NCBI GenBank assembly: GCA_964187785.1
Contig: OZ076410.1
Location: 63,550,001 to 63,614,000 of the forward strand
Direction: 5' to 3'
Length of the DNA: 64,000 nt
Source of the DNA: Amphiscolops sp. MND2022
Lineage: Eukaryota
Numbering within the stretch: position 1 is the stretch's first letter; every line of letters begins with the position of its first letter. A program made the position numbers and the translations under genes. The notes under the pieces are model-generated. The model was not told where the DNA came from and searched no databases. It worked only from the letters and a program-made list of their open reading frames with translations. Below are positions 50,505-64,000 of this stretch, piece after piece.

Positions 50505-51890
50505 TAAAGACGATTCCACGAATGACCAAATCGACATCAACAGATGCGCAACACGAACAGAACAGAAGCAAGGAGGACAGTCAAACTCAATCAGAACATC
50601 GGAACGAGAAGAAATTACGAACGGAAATCGTAAATGGTTACTGTAGAATGTAACGATTGCGGTTACGTTTTGACCTCGAAAATGAGCAGTCAGTAACTGA
50701 AATTCACCTTCAAAAACTGTGCCAACATTGAACATCTTATTGTGGTCGAAAAAGACTCGTGTAATTATTACATTTTCCAGCAAAATGGATCACGGTATCT
50801 TCATTTTTTCCACCAATCTCGTCACCGACTGAGAACTTTATGCCAAGGACTGCATGACGTGATAATCAAGACAGTGGAGGAGAATGTTGGCAACCCCACA
50901 GCATCAGAATAAAATTCACCCGTAATGGTAGCGGGAACAGCTAAGGAAGTGCCAGGTTGAGTCACTGAAAATCAAGATCTGGATTCAGACGCGTCAGGAA
51001 ATCGGTTAAGACTGAATTGGCTGATCACCAAAAAACAACAGTCCAAACACCCATGGAAGTCAGAAAGATTTTACCAACCTGAGGCAACACGTACAACTTC
51101 CACCTCCGATTCGACAACGTCATCATCGGAGTAATTGTATACAGTTCGTTCCCATTGATGAAACCAGTGGCAGCAACTGTGAGTGGGGGAAACAGCTTCT
51201 TCGTCTTCTATCGATAGCAGGAAACAGTGGAAATTTCTTCAAACTAATTGTCGACTGATAAATGCAGGAATGCCTACCCAGCAAACACAAGCAAATCTTT
51301 TCACCGTGTTTCCTACGTTACACAACTCTCCTAAAATGTTCCGTAAGACACACACACAGATCATTGAGCCAATACCGAAATGAAAGGTCATACCTCTGTC
51401 AGTTTTACAACAAAAGAGGGGGAAACATCTCGCTCGAACGAGTTGTAGCAATTTCACCCGGATCAGGGTAACACTGAGCAATGACAGAGAGAACATCTTC
51501 ATAAACGGGAAGCTGACGTTGGGCGACGGGACAGGAATGCAGGTCTTGGTACTATGATTGAATCCCAATCGGCGCGCTAGAAAATCTAAATTGTGACTTA
51601 CATAGTGAAACTGGCCATTTCATGAAGGTAAGAATCACTAAGTTTAATGGGAGGGAGAATCTGCAGATCAACCTGAGGAAAATTGCGAAAGGAGAACGTT
51701 TTTGTAACTTAGTAGAAAAACCCAAATTGGATTTGCAAACAAGGGAAACGCCCTGCAAAGCATCAATTAGTGAAAGTATTGAACCCGAAAGACAACGAAT
51801 TACAAACGGAAATTGACAATCCCCGCAGGTGTAAGAAAAACGTGAAATTACAAAACCGGCGGATAGCCTTCGTTTCTTTCCGAGTGGTCC

Positions 51891-53170
51891 TGTCACAGCC
51901 AGCTCCCGGCTGTTATTACTTTAAAGGCGATTGCTTCGGTTAAATATACTGTTGTGAACTAAAATGATAGCTTTTTGTGACGTCATCAAGACAGCTATGC
52001 TAGCAATACGGTATTATTTGGAATGATTTTTGTGACGTCGTTAGTACAAGAATTGGAATGATTTTTGAGCTTGCCGTAATACCTCCGTAAACCACCGCTC
52101 AGCTATGCCTAATTTTAATACGTACGGAGCAGTTTCACGGTTGTAGTTACAAAACTAGGGAACTGAACACAATGTAGGACAAAATTTCCTCAGGAATTGA
52201 TGATTGCAAAGATTTTGTGAAAAGAATGCAACGTAAGGACAACGTCATATGAATAGATGCTTGCTTTCAGATGAATTTCATACCAGTGTTTTCATTGAGT
52301 GTTCTGCATTTATACTATTGAATCGAAATTGTCAATCGAGGTAATAACGTGTTTATGTCATTAACCGATGGTCTCATTAGCATTTTTCAAAGTGTGGAAA
52401 TTTTTGACCGGAAGGTCTCCGTTGTTTTAGTATTTATGTGATTGTATGTTTCGCTTAGATATATTTACGCCGTTTTATGTTCGTGTTATAATAATGGCAT
52501 TAACTGCAAACTGTTATTCCGGCATCATTTGTTCCTTTTCATCAGTAATCAAATGATTCCGCACTCTAAATTATTTACTCCGTCTCAGTTACGTCATCAT
52601 TTTTGCTAGTCTTACTTTTGTCTCGAGCACTTGAACTCATAACTTGAAAATAGACAAATTGATCACGCCGTCGTGCCTCCGTCGATAAAAATTTCAAGCA
52701 GGCTCTCATTTTGCCGCCATTTTGACGTTCAAACAAGATGTGTATCGTTTGAACAAAAATGATTTGAACAAAAAATACGGAAAGGCGACGCAACTAGGAA
52801 TTTCGATACCTGATTTTGTGACGCGGGACTGAAATAATGTGAATCAACTGGGTTTTTGTGTGAAAAAACCTGATTTTAGTGATACCTAGGAATTTTTAGG
52901 TGAGGAACAAATGATGCTAGGGAAGTGTAAACATATTGGTTTTGTATATTAAATCAGAAAAGTTCAAAGTGATCATTGTTAAACTGTTATACACCGTTGT
53001 TAAAACGATTTGCTTTTGAAAATTCAAATTCTTTCAAACTTTATGTCTAAACTCAAATATGAAACTCGGAAATCAGAAAAGGCTGAAAATATTTTCATTG
53101 CACCTACACCAACATCCATAAAAAACTAAAATTACTACCCTAATTAACGCTCCGTTAGGTAGTCGTAACA
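51891..53170 (+). repeat. LTR copy 2 of the tandem array (1280 bp)
   Basis: TG...CA termini. About 57 bp shorter than copy 1 in the TACGGAGC repeat block. Confidence 0.8.
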
Positions 53171-53182
53171 TGGTGACAGGAG
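53171..53182 (+). promoter_or_regulatory. Primer binding site TGGTGACAGGAG
   Basis: Directly after LTR copy 2. Confidence 0.75.
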
Positions 53183-54088
53183 TAAAGACGATTCCACAAA
53201 TGACCAAATCGACATCAACAGATGCGCAACACGAACAGAACAGAAGCAAGGAGGACAGTCAAACTCAATCAGAGAATCGGAACGAGAAGAAATTACGAAC
53301 GGAAATCGTAAATGGTTACTGTAGAATGTAACGATTGCGGTTACGTTTTGACCTCGAAAATGAGCAGTCAGTAGCTGAAATTCACCTTCAAAAACTGTGC
53401 CAACATTGAACATCTTATTGTGGTCGAAAAAGACTCGTGTAATTATTACATTTTCCAGCAAAATGGATCACGGTATCTTCATTTTTTCCACCAATCTCGT
53501 CCCCGACTGAGAACTTTATGCCAAGGACTGCATGACGTGATAATCAAGACAGTGGAGGAGAATGTTGGCAACCCCACAGCATCAGAATAAAATTCACCCG
53601 TAATGGTAGCGGGAACAGCTAAGGAAGTGCCAGGTTGAGTCACTGAAAATCAAGATCTGGATTCAGACGCGTCAGGAAATCGGTTAAGACTGAATTGGCT
53701 GATCACCAAAAAACAACAGTCCAAACACCCATGGAAGTCAGAAAGATTTTACCAACCTGAGGCAACACGTGCAACTTCCACCTCCGATTCGACAACGTCA
53801 TCAACGGAGTAACTGTATACAGTTCGTTCTCTTTGATGAAACCAGTGGCAGCAACTGTGAGTGGGGGAAACAGCTTCTTCGACTTCTATCGATAGCAGGA
53901 AACAGTGGAAATTACTTCAAACTAATTGTCGACTGATAAATGCAGGAATGCCTACCCAGCAAACACAAGCAAAATTTTTCACCGTGTTTCCTACGTTATT
54001 ACAAACGGAAATTGATAATCCCCGCAGATGTAAGAAAAAAGTGAAATTATAAAACTGGCGGATAGCCTCGTTTCTTTCCGAGTGGTCC

Positions 54089-54996
54089 TGTCACAGCCAG
54101 CTCCCGGCTGTTATTACTTTAAACGCGATTGCTTCGGTTAAATATACTGTTGTGAACGAAAAGGAATGCTTTTTGTGATGTCATCAAGACAGCTATGCTA
54201 GCAATACGGTATTATTTGGAATGATTTTTGTGGCGTCATTAGTGCGAGAATTGAAATGATTTTTGAGCTTGCCGTAATACTTCCGTAAACCACCGCTCAG
54301 CTATGCCTAATTTTAATACGTACGGAGCGACTACGGAGCAAGTTCACGGTTGTAGTTACAAAATTAGGGAATTGAACACAATTTAGGATGAAATTTCCTC
54401 AGATGATTGCAAAGATTTTGTGAATAGAATGCAACGTGAGGACAAGGTCATATGAATAGATGCTTGCTTTCAGATGAAATTCATACCAGTGTTTTCACTG
54501 AGTGTTCTGCATTTATACTCTTGAATCGAAATTGTCAATCGAGGTAATAACGTGTTTATGTCATTACCCGATGTTCTGATTAGCATTTTTCAAAGTGTGG
54601 AATTTTTTGACCGAAACGTCTCCGTTGTTTTAGTATTTATGTGATTGTATGTTTAGCTTAGATATTTTTACGTCGTTTTATGTTCGTGTTATAATAATGG
54701 CATTAACTGGAAACTGTTATTCCTGCATCATTTGTTCCTTTTCATCAGTATTCAAATGTTTCCGCTCTCAAAATGATTTACTCCGTCTTAGTTACGTCAT
54801 CATTTTTGCTAGTCTTACTTTTGTCTTGAGCACTTGAATTCCCAACTTGGAAATAGACAAATTGATCACGCCGGCGTGCCTCCGTCGATGAAAATATCAA
54901 GCAGACTCTCATTTTGCCGCCATGTTGACGTTCAAACAGGAAGTGTATCGTTTGAACAAAAATAATTTCAACAATTGTTACGGAAAGGCGACGCAA
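54089..54996 (+). repeat. LTR copy 3 of the tandem array (3'-truncated)
   Basis: Homology to copies 1 and 2 ends at GGCGACGCAA (54996). Confidence 0.8.
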
Positions 54997-54999
54997 GAG

Positions 55000-57900
55000 A
55001 GAGGACGACGGAAAGGGAGAGAAGTTTCGATGTTGGAGTTTGGATGAACGTGACTTCCTGTATATGTACAATTGGTATATATAAGTAGTTCTTATCACTG
55101 GTATATATACTTCCTTAAGTTCCTCGTAGCTATCGTCTATACTGCTACTAGTGTACTTTCTTAAGTTCCTTGTAGCTAATGTCTTTGCGCTGTATTACTT
55201 CTTCTGTCTTTCATGAAGTTCAAATAAACCAATTCGCCATCAAATCCTACTCCTGAGAAATGGCAATGGTGGAAAAAATGTTTTGAGGACGGTTTACGTA
55301 CCAATGGCACAACGGAGGATGCTGACAAATTATTTTTCCCTCGTGCATTTGTCGGCTCCGACTACTTCACTAATCTCGAAAGTTCTGCAATGTTTGAAGA
55401 CGCACTGAGAACGTTGGACAGGCAGTGTTTTAAACCCACGAGAGTGCTGTTTGCCCGTCATCAATTGCTCAGAGCCAAACAAAACGACAAGAAATCCATC
55501 GTACAACTTTATGCAAGGGTGAAACGACTTGTTGAAGACTGCGAATGCACCAGTTTGACCGTCCAAGCACATAAAGATTATCTATTACGAGACAACTTAA
55601 TACCCAGGTCTGACGACATTCGGGCAAGCCTCTTGGAGCTGGAAGACTCCAAGGCCGACATTGATAGCTGCAGATCACTTGCATGTGCTATCGAACTATC
55701 CAGTGTCTTTTCGAATTTTTTTCGAAGTTCTTATTCTTCAACTGTAGCTGCCGCCAAGCTATTCTCCCAAACAACTCAGCGTCAGCCTGATCGAGCTGGC
55801 ACCTTCGCTGCCCATCAGGTCTCGAACAAGCCTCGTCTACTCTGTCGGTTCCGAGGTATAAAATAGCACCCACGCTCAAAGTGCCCAGCCATAAGGGACA
55901 CTTGTCACAAACGCTCCAAAGCAGGACACTGGGCGCCCGTTTGTAGATCGACTGCTGCCGTCTTGATGGGCAGTCTTTTGATGACAAACTTGAGGCTACT
56001 GCTGCTGTTTTGTGTAGTACTGGCCTGCCGCCTGCCAATCTAAATGTCAGCCTCAGATTTGCCGGAAGCAATGAACTAGTTCAAGCAATGATTGATAACG
56101 TGTCCACAGGTCCTTTTTAAGCGCCTCAACAGCTACCAACTATGATCTGAGTGTCCACGGAAGATGCAAGGTGCTGCATTGGCAACTGGTGACCTCTGGT
56201 TACTTCAGACACCGCTCAAGCGAAAGTTACATTCACTGTCGCAAAACACCTTGTTGCGGATGTTGTTCTCCGACAACATCACTCTGTCGGACTGGAGTTA
56301 GGCGAAGATCGACCAGAAACTGTTATATCTGCCGTCCTTCATGAATTGGTGCTCCCGGCAAAATGAAAACTGCCCTTCCGACAATACCCTTCACTTAAGT
56401 CTATAGCGCAAAACCGATCGCTACAAAATCGCGCCGTCACAAACCGCAAGACGTCGCTTTCATGGAGTCCGAGGTTACCCGCATGCATGCTCACTGAAGG
56501 CATAATTCCAGGTCTCCAAGTGACATGCCATTTACTGCGCTCGAAGTGAACCTACGTCTTTTTGCGTTCACCAGACTTCCCCTTGAGGTCACAAAGGCTG
56601 TAGCGGCATTTAAACGAGAAATAATGACAGCATCTGTGCGCCGGCTTAAGCTGATGCGAACGCACTCATATGTTGATGATGTGATCACCGGAAATCGATT
56701 CCGAGGAGAAACACCAAGAAACTCTGAGGAACTTCCTGAAAATAGATTGAGGTTTTGACGCTGAACAAAGCTAAGTGCGTTTTTGGCTGTGAGACAGTGC
56801 CAATGCTCGGTCACAGCTGTGTCTAAACTCCCCGATTGCAGCCGAATTAGGACTCTGATGGTTTGAACTTCGAAATAAGCTATCAGAGGGGTTCTCAGAA
56901 CATGGCAGATGATGCACTGTCTCGATCAGCGACCATACAGCCCAGATGTAAATCTTTACACGAGACGCTTGTGGATCCGGGAGTTAACTGACTGTACGAG
57001 TACAGTCAAAGATTCAAAGTCCCTATGTCCTTAGATGAGGCAAAAAGTCTAACCGAGAACTGCAAAACGTGCGCTCAATGGAAGCCGCGCTTTTTGCAGT
57101 CGCCAGGCAGCCATCTTATCTGATCCTCCAAACACTAGGGGCGACTAGCAATTGACATTGTTGGCCCTAATCCAAAGACTCGATGCAAAAACCAATACCT
57201 TCTAAGAGTGGTGGATGAGTTTAATATGCTTATGTTTGCTTTCCCGTCGAACATCAAGTGTAGTAGCGTTATCAAATGTCTTTTGACACATTTTGCCATC
57301 CTCGGAACCCAGGGTTCATTCACTCCGACCGGGGCACACAGTTGCTGTCACCGGAACTCCAAAACTTCTGCCCCCAAAATGGAGTTGCGACCTCCAAAAC
57401 TACGGCCTACCATCCTCTGGGGCAAGGCCAAAACGAGCGCTACAATGGAATTGTGTGGAAGGCTGTTCAGTGCCTGTAACACTCCGCAAACCGCCCACTC
57501 TCTGACTTGGAATGTGTCCTACCAACGGCGCTCTCGTCGATCCGGACAATCATCAATACCATCACCAAAAGGAGAGTCCCAATGACCGCTTCTTTTGATT
57601 CAAACGCGGCGAGCCGCTAATCCGTCCCTCCAGTAGCGCGCCTTGGCTCAATGAAGACACTCCCGCATACCTCTGGAAATTCGTAAGGGCAAATGACCAA
57701 GCTCCAGTTGTGCCTGGATTTTGTGTACAGATCAGTTGTGTACAGATTTACGGAGTAATCCCCCCTCACCTTGCACGAATTTCCTTTAACGATGGGCGAG
57801 TTGACACGGTTTCTACCAGTGACCTCTTTCAACGACCTCCGGATGTTGACAACGAACGAACGATCTCGCAACCCTGAAGGTCAGTGCAGAGACAAGGAGA

Positions 57901-58080
57901 CCAACGTAGACCCCGACATCGGAACCCAGTGTGAGGCACGTGAACCAGTGAAGGAATCTCATGTCAGTCGGGAAGTTCATACTCCCACCTTGCCACGCTC
58001 GGCAAGGATCCGGAAATAACCTACTTAACTGAGCGACTTTCTGTTGGCGTTGAATCAGAAACTTTCGAAGCGGGAAGGAG
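55000..58080 (+). mobile_element. Decayed Mag-like Gypsy element (gag, protease, partial RT, integrase)
   Basis: Gag start KWQWWKKCFEDGL; knuckle CPAIRDTCHKRSKAGHWAPVC; YVDDVI; C..C then LAIDIVGP and HSDRG..GQNERYN (integrase); purine run GAAGCGGGAAGGAG at ~58067-58080. Confidence 0.8.
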
Positions 58081-58285
58081 TTTTATGATTGTAATATATG
58101 TAGATATAAGTACTGGTATAAATTGTCGTTGTTAGCCTAAATGTTGTTTGTATGCTTCAGATGGTTGCTTATCAAATGAAAACTTCCTGCAAGTAGTGTT
58201 TTCCCCCACGACGTTTCAGAGCACTGCAATTTTGTTTTATGCAAATTAACAGACTATACTACACCCCGATAAATTGAAACACTAC

Positions 58286-59300
58286 AGAACAAGATCAACA
58301 GAATGAGAATATTGTTTCCATCAGAAATGATGCTTCGAAAATCACTTCAACGATCATACCATTCCGAAAACGTTTGAATTCTAGGTTACCAAAACAAATA
58401 CAGATGCGACCATTACAACGAAAATGATTACAAGTCAGTGAACTCTACGAAAATTCACGAAACCGGCAAGCCCTCCAAATTTAAAAAACGGTGCTAACAT
58501 CGTGATTGTTGACAACGTTGCAAAAAGATTCCGCCAGGTGATGCGTGGCCAAAAGAAGAGAATTGGCCAAGTATCATCGCTAAATCATGCATTTAGTTTC
58601 GCTTCTGGTGCTGTACTTCTCAAATTTACCAACTCAGAAGATACATCTGAAGTCATACTGAACTGTAACTCGAAGTGCTTTGGTGAAAAAACAACAGCAT
58701 AGCACACAAAACGAGCCAAAAAGAAACTTATCAACAAAAATCTGGACGATGAGTTCGATAACGAAGAAGTTTCCGCCTCTATCCAGAACACCTACGAAGA
58801 TGCAACCGTTGAACGTTTCAAAAAGAAAGATAGCGAGGTTCTCAATACAGCAGGTTTCTCTTTAACGAACAATCCACTTTTTCATAAAGCTAAAGAGCGA
58901 GGTGTTTTCTTCAAGAACAAACACTATCAATTCGAGGAATATATAGATCGGCCGAGAGCGATTCGATGTTATAACTGCTAAAAATTTGGTAATAGAGTCA
59001 AACTTTGTAGCAACAAGCAGCGTTGTGAACAATGCAGTGTCCATGGCCAGAAGAGTGAAGCTTGTCCAAAAAGTGAAGTCAAATGGGCAAACTGTGATGG
59101 CTGTCACGTTTGCGATAGGACTAGCGACACTGTATACCGAACTTTGCTAAAGTTCTATGAATTGCGTAACATAGAAATTCACGCTGGCTATTAACTGAAG
59201 GAAATGACCACTAACAGTGCCAATAGTAAATCAACATTGGGAATTATTTGTGGACTATCAGACCACTCACGTTCAGCGCTTCAAAGTTTTTGGATTGAAA
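58286..59300 (+). pseudogene. Duplicate LINE ORF1 (coiled coil, RRM-like region, three CCHC knuckles) plus the first codons of ORF2
   Basis: Direct repeat of ~59668-60660. RCYNC.KFG..C / RCEQC / ANCDG.H knuckle series. Confidence 0.75.
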
Positions 59301-59329
59301 TTGAAATTGATATAATGACTCGCCCCTCA

Positions 59330-62300
59330 ATTTACCATTGGTTTCCCGACAGTGCCTTTTTAGGTACTACAAGGAAATTCGCCAGGGTTGGTTGGTTAAA
59401 AATTGAGTCTTCATCTAATAGCAAATGTCCTCAGTGCAAGAAAAAGATCGTTCGAAACCACGAGGGAGCGATCCATTGCAACATGTGTGAAGAATGGTTT
59501 CACACAACCTGTGCACAAATCTAAAGTCATCACAACAAAATCATCGAGAGATGTAACTCAGCGTACTGGTTCTGCAAGGTTTGTGAACCCAAACTCAAAA
59601 CGTAAGTCAACAGAGAAGTAAAGGATCTAGCAACCTCTGTGACACCATCCATCAAGAAGTTGAGCGCAGAACAAGATCAACAAAATGAGAAACTTGTTTC
59701 CATCAGAAATGATGCTTCGAAAATCACTTCAACAATCATACCATTCTGAGAACGGTTGAACCTTCGGTTGCCAAAACAGATACAGATGCGACCATTACAA
59801 CGAAAATGATTACGAGTCAGTCAACTCTACGAAACGTCACGAAACCGACAAGCCCTCCAAATCGAACGTTGCTAACATAGTTATTGTAGACAACGTTGCA
59901 AAAAACATTACGTCGAGTCAAGCGTGGCAATAAGAAGAGAATTTGCCAAATATCACCTCAGAGTTACACTAAATCATGCTGTTAGTCTCTCTACTGGTGT
60001 TGTACTTCTCAACTTTGCCAACTCAGAAGGTACATCTGAAGTCATACTGAACTGGAACTTGAAGTGCTTTGGTGAAAAAACAACAGCATAGCACACAAAA
60101 CGAGCCAAAATGAAACTTATCAACAAAAATCTGGACAATGAGTTCGATAACGAAGAAGTTTCCGCCTCTATCCAGAACACATACGAGGATGCAACCGTTG
60201 AACGTTTCAAGAAGAGAGATGGCAAAGTTCTCAATACAGAGGGCTTCTCTTTCACGAGAAAAACATCTTTTCATAAAGCTAAAGTGCAAGGTGTTTTCAT
60301 CAAGAACAAACACCATCAAAGCGAAGAACATATAGATCGGCCAAGTGCGATTCAATGTTATCACTGCCAGAAATTTGGTCAAAAAGCCAAATTTTGTGGC
60401 AACAAGCAGCGTTGTGCAAAATGCAGTGTCCGTGGCCAGAAGATTGAAGCTTGTCTTAAAGTTACCTAAAATGTGAAAACTGTGATGGCTCTCAACTCAG
60501 CAATAGGAATAGCGGCAAATTTCTTTGAAATGCCTGACATAGAAACTCCACGCTGGCTATTAACTGAACAGTAACAGTGCGAATAGTAAATCAACGTTGG
60601 TAAAAATCTGTGGACCATCAGACCACTCGCGTTCAGTGCTTCAAAACTACGTTATTGAAAATGAAGTTCAAATACTGGCTCTCTGTGAAACTACGGAAGG
60701 CTTGATGGGTGACCATTTCCAGTGATACAAATTGTTTTGTAAACTCAACCACACGGAAGTAAGTCTGTCAGTTGCAAACCAACTACGATCAACAAAACCA
60801 AACGAACTTGAAAACGACCATTTGGATGCTGTTTTCGCAATTGTAACGACGAGCAATGAGATTCTACTTGTAAGAGATGTTTACTTTCCTCCCGAAACAC
60901 AACTCCTGTCGAAGACTTTCATGAAACACTCAGTGGCCGTTAAAGACTTCTGCAGAAACAATGGAAAAAGAATATGTTCATTCTTGGTGCTTTTAATGGT
61001 CTCCACTTTGCATGGAACGACCAGACAACCAACAAAAGTGGATCCTTCCTCTTTGATGGAATCAACCAGGTCGCACTTGAAGTAAGTGCGCCAAAAATTC
61101 CCACTTTCAAATCTTGAAACGAAGAAAGCACAATGCCTTTTGCATAGAAACGAAAAACATGCACGAGCAAATGTCTCCTGCTTTGTAGATACCATCGTCG
61201 AGCTTTTCACTGCTCCTAAACAAGAACATTTCCTTGTAACCTGGAATTGGAATTTACTCCGTGACCCAAAAAATTCAAAATAATCCACTTGCGATCTGGT
61301 ACGAACATATTGGCTGGATTGGCCCAGCAAGCTCAAGTCCTTGTGCCTTGAACACCAACAGTTATTGATGAACGACCGTGCAAGAAATGTCTGCATCTGA
61401 TTTGAAAAAATCCTTTCGTCACACATGACATCAGTTTTGAAAAAGAAGGTAATACCTAACCATTTTAAGCTTTTCTGGACCTTCTACCTCTTTTCTTTCT
61501 CAAATGAAATAAGAGTAGCTCGCAACTTTTTCCAACACCTGACGTATAACTTTGTGCATCGAAAAATACATTCATATCTGAGTTGGACAGAACAAGAAAC
61601 TCCAAGAAACTCTTGGATTGAAGCTAATCGCGACTTCTTGAACAAGTCATCCGGTTCGAAGTTTTGGAAGCATTACCAACGTACCGTATTGGAGAAACAC
61701 GAAAACACCATCGGTCCATTGAAAGATGAGAAAGGCCTGTTACATTGTAACATCGAGGAGGAAGCCAAAGTTTTTTCTCTTGTGAACATCTAAAACCATG
61801 CACCGTTGATGAAGCGAATCATCGCCATAGCGCTGACACTCTTGCGCAGATCGTATCTCAATCGACTGACTGTGACTTATATCAACTAGACGAAATCTCT
61901 GAGACAGTCAATGGTCTCAAGGTTACGAGCAAACCTTTTGACCCCGATGGGTTTCGGCCTCAGCTAATCAAACAAACTGGCCCCTACTTTCGCCTCTTAC
62001 TACTACTACATCTTTTCACTTCATGTTTGAGAACTTCTAATTGGGTTTGGAAAGACGCACAAGTGAAACTCATGCCGAGATTTGGCAAAACAGACTATCT
62101 CGACCTCAAGAGTTACCACCCTATCTCTCTAACGAGTTGCATCGAGACTTTTGTACAGGATCTTTGCTGACATCAGTAGAGCGAAATTTTTGAACCAGAA
62201 AAAAATACTGGTCAACATCAACATAGAACATGCAATTGATTTTTCGATACGACAATAAAACTTTTCAGACTATATACAAACGGCGGGTCGCAAAGAGTGC

Positions 62301-62900
62301 TGCAGCAGATTCATAATTATCTCTCAACCAGGAGAAATCGAATCATACTGGACAATACAAGATTGATCTTTGATTGCTGAATCAGAGTTCCTCAAGCCGT
62401 TGTTCTGTCTCCCTTGATTTTCAAATCTTCATATCTGAAATCCAGAAACTCACGAAAGAGCTGACAGTGGACAAGTATCTTGATGATACTTCTTTATTTG
62501 TCCCTGGGGATGATGCCGAAGCTTCATTACAACCGCAATCGCCAAGATGTTAGAATTGAAAGATTGGTGTTTCCAAAACTGCTTCAAACTCATTTAATCG
62601 AAAATTGCTTTTTTAGCGATCAACTTCTCACCTTATGTAAAACAGCAATTAGATCTTTACGAACTTGAGTTGAAGTTTCTAAAGAAGAAATTGTCAATAC
62701 CAGGGTAACGATCGGTAACTCGCGATCGACTTGCAAAACTGCAGCAATGAAAGACTGGATTAAATGGAACCTATTGAAACTTTTTAGTAAGAACTAGAAT
62801 GGACTTAATCAGAAGTTAATATTGAAGTTGAAGCTGTAGAAAGCCACGATTGAACCAAAGATTAGTATGGACTTCCAGCTTGGTATCAGGACGATCTGAA
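59330..62900 (+). mobile_element. Decayed I/Jockey-group-like LINE: ORF1 (PHD, coiled coil, three CCHC) and ORF2 (AP endonuclease, RT)
   Basis: PHD pattern CPQC..IHCNMCEEWFHTTC..WFCKVC (~59425-59585); QCYHCQKFG; ILALCET, VYFPP and GAFNG (endonuclease); SYHPISLTS, GVPQ..LSPLIF and YLDD (RT). Confidence 0.8.
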
Positions 62901-64000
62901 CCTAATCCATGTTGTCAGGAAATCCGTGATTCAAGCAGCCACTTGTGCGTTCTGTCACCCAGCTAACAATGTACTGGAATCAATAGCGGATTGCATCTTG
63001 ATTTACATCCTTGCCTAAGTTATCATTGTCTCACACTCTTTCGTGAATGTCTTGAATGGAGATTTATTTATTTATTAAGAATCGATGAGTCATTGCTTCA
63101 AATAATTGACTTCAAATTATAGTTCAAATTGTAAAATCATACATGTATCTTAGATGAATGCTATCCCCCGCATTTTGTAAACACTTTCACATGTGTCTTT
63201 GTTTTCCCGCATCCTGTGTGTTTTAATTGCTAAACACAAATTTTCCGTTCAAACCAATTTTCCTTTTTTATCATTTTTCGGCTGATGGAGCGGCCTGGTC
63301 CGCCTTTAGAAGAGTAGGGCTATCGATGAGACACAATTTGGTCCCCCATAGACCCGGATATACGAACTTTGGACTTTCGAGAAGAAAATACTCTTTGTAA
63401 CTTTGTACCACAAGTTGGCCTTACAAAAGTAACACTCGATTGTCAAGTAACTGATTACCAAGTAGCTAACCTGCAAACCCTTCAACCTGCTAGTCTCAGC
63501 TTCATCCAGCCTTGATCTTCATTCTCCAGTTAGCTCTTTCCATTTTACAACTGAAAGGCTTTTCTTTTCTTCTACGGTAAAAAACTGTGTACCCCCTGAT
63601 ATCATTTGTCCTTTATCATTACCTCCTAAAATTTCGAATACAGATAGCCACATTTTTACGAGGTTTCTGATCGACATTCAGCTTACCCCTAGCAAACAGA
63701 AAACTTCGCTCATGATAAATGTTGTCGGTGCAAGTGCACTCTAACGAGCTTTACAAAACTTGGATTTTAATAACCAAAATACCCTTGGAAACTATATCAC
63801 AGCCATTCCTTCTTTGGATTTGAACCCCTATGCTCAAAGTGATACGCTCAAATTGTCTTTTCTACTGGATCATATAATTCGTAAAAAACGAATCAATTAG
63901 TTATTTGGCATGACAATCTGAATAACTCCTTGAATCCCCATAAATCAAATAACAATACACCTCTTACCCCAAAGGAACCAGCAACTGAATAGTTGAAAGA

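Larger units (their letters stand above)
49156..54996 (+). mobile_element. Tandem array of a small non-autonomous LTR element (LTR-internal-LTR-internal-partial LTR; TRIM/LARD-like)
   Basis: TGTCACAGCC starts at 49156, 51891 and 54089. LTRs end GTCGTAACA at 50492 and 53170, each followed by TGGTGACAGGAG. No recognisable pol domain in the internal parts. Confidence 0.8.

Noticed and set aside
54997-55230. 5' LTR of the Mag-like element pairing with sequence after 58080
   Set aside because: No convincing direct repeat or TG...CA termini could be matched between the two ends.
63000-64000. Possible gene or LTR at the right edge of the window
   Set aside because: No ORF of 60 aa or more, no repeat partner in the window and no diagnostic motif.
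1-64000. tRNA, rRNA or prokaryotic operon content
   Set aside because: No cloverleaf or rRNA-like sequence was recognised. The TGG-starting 12-mers are PBS complements, not tRNA genes.

Overview
Eukaryotic, almost entirely transposable-element-derived DNA, most likely from an invertebrate animal (inference from spliceosomal intron signals and the Gypsy/LINE content). No tRNA, rRNA, CRISPR array or confidently identifiable host gene was seen. The window holds three related large Gypsy-type LTR retrotransposons: A (1-~6.7 kb, cut by the window edge), B (7563-17985, 2.2-kb LTRs, perfect 5-bp TSD GTGAC, most of pol deleted) and C (20435-35176, 1.25-kb LTRs, complete but decayed gag-PR-RT-RH-IN). 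The rest is decayed LINEs, a TIR-bounded non-autonomous element, Mag-like Gypsy fragments and a tandem LTR-internal-LTR array of a small non-autonomous LTR element (49.2-55.0 kb). Main result: A, B and C each carry, between pol and the 3' LTR, a homologous ANTISENSE gene with candidate GT-AG introns. It encodes a C2H2 zinc finger followed, in A and C, by what reads as a catalytically degenerate hAT-transposase-like body, and it is paired divergently with a small acidic sense ORF. In B and C the gag ORF starts hundreds of bases inside the LTR, and none of B, C or the tandem array shows a canonical polypurine tract. All copies here are pseudogenised. Protein family calls come from manual motif recognition and need profile or structure searches to confirm.
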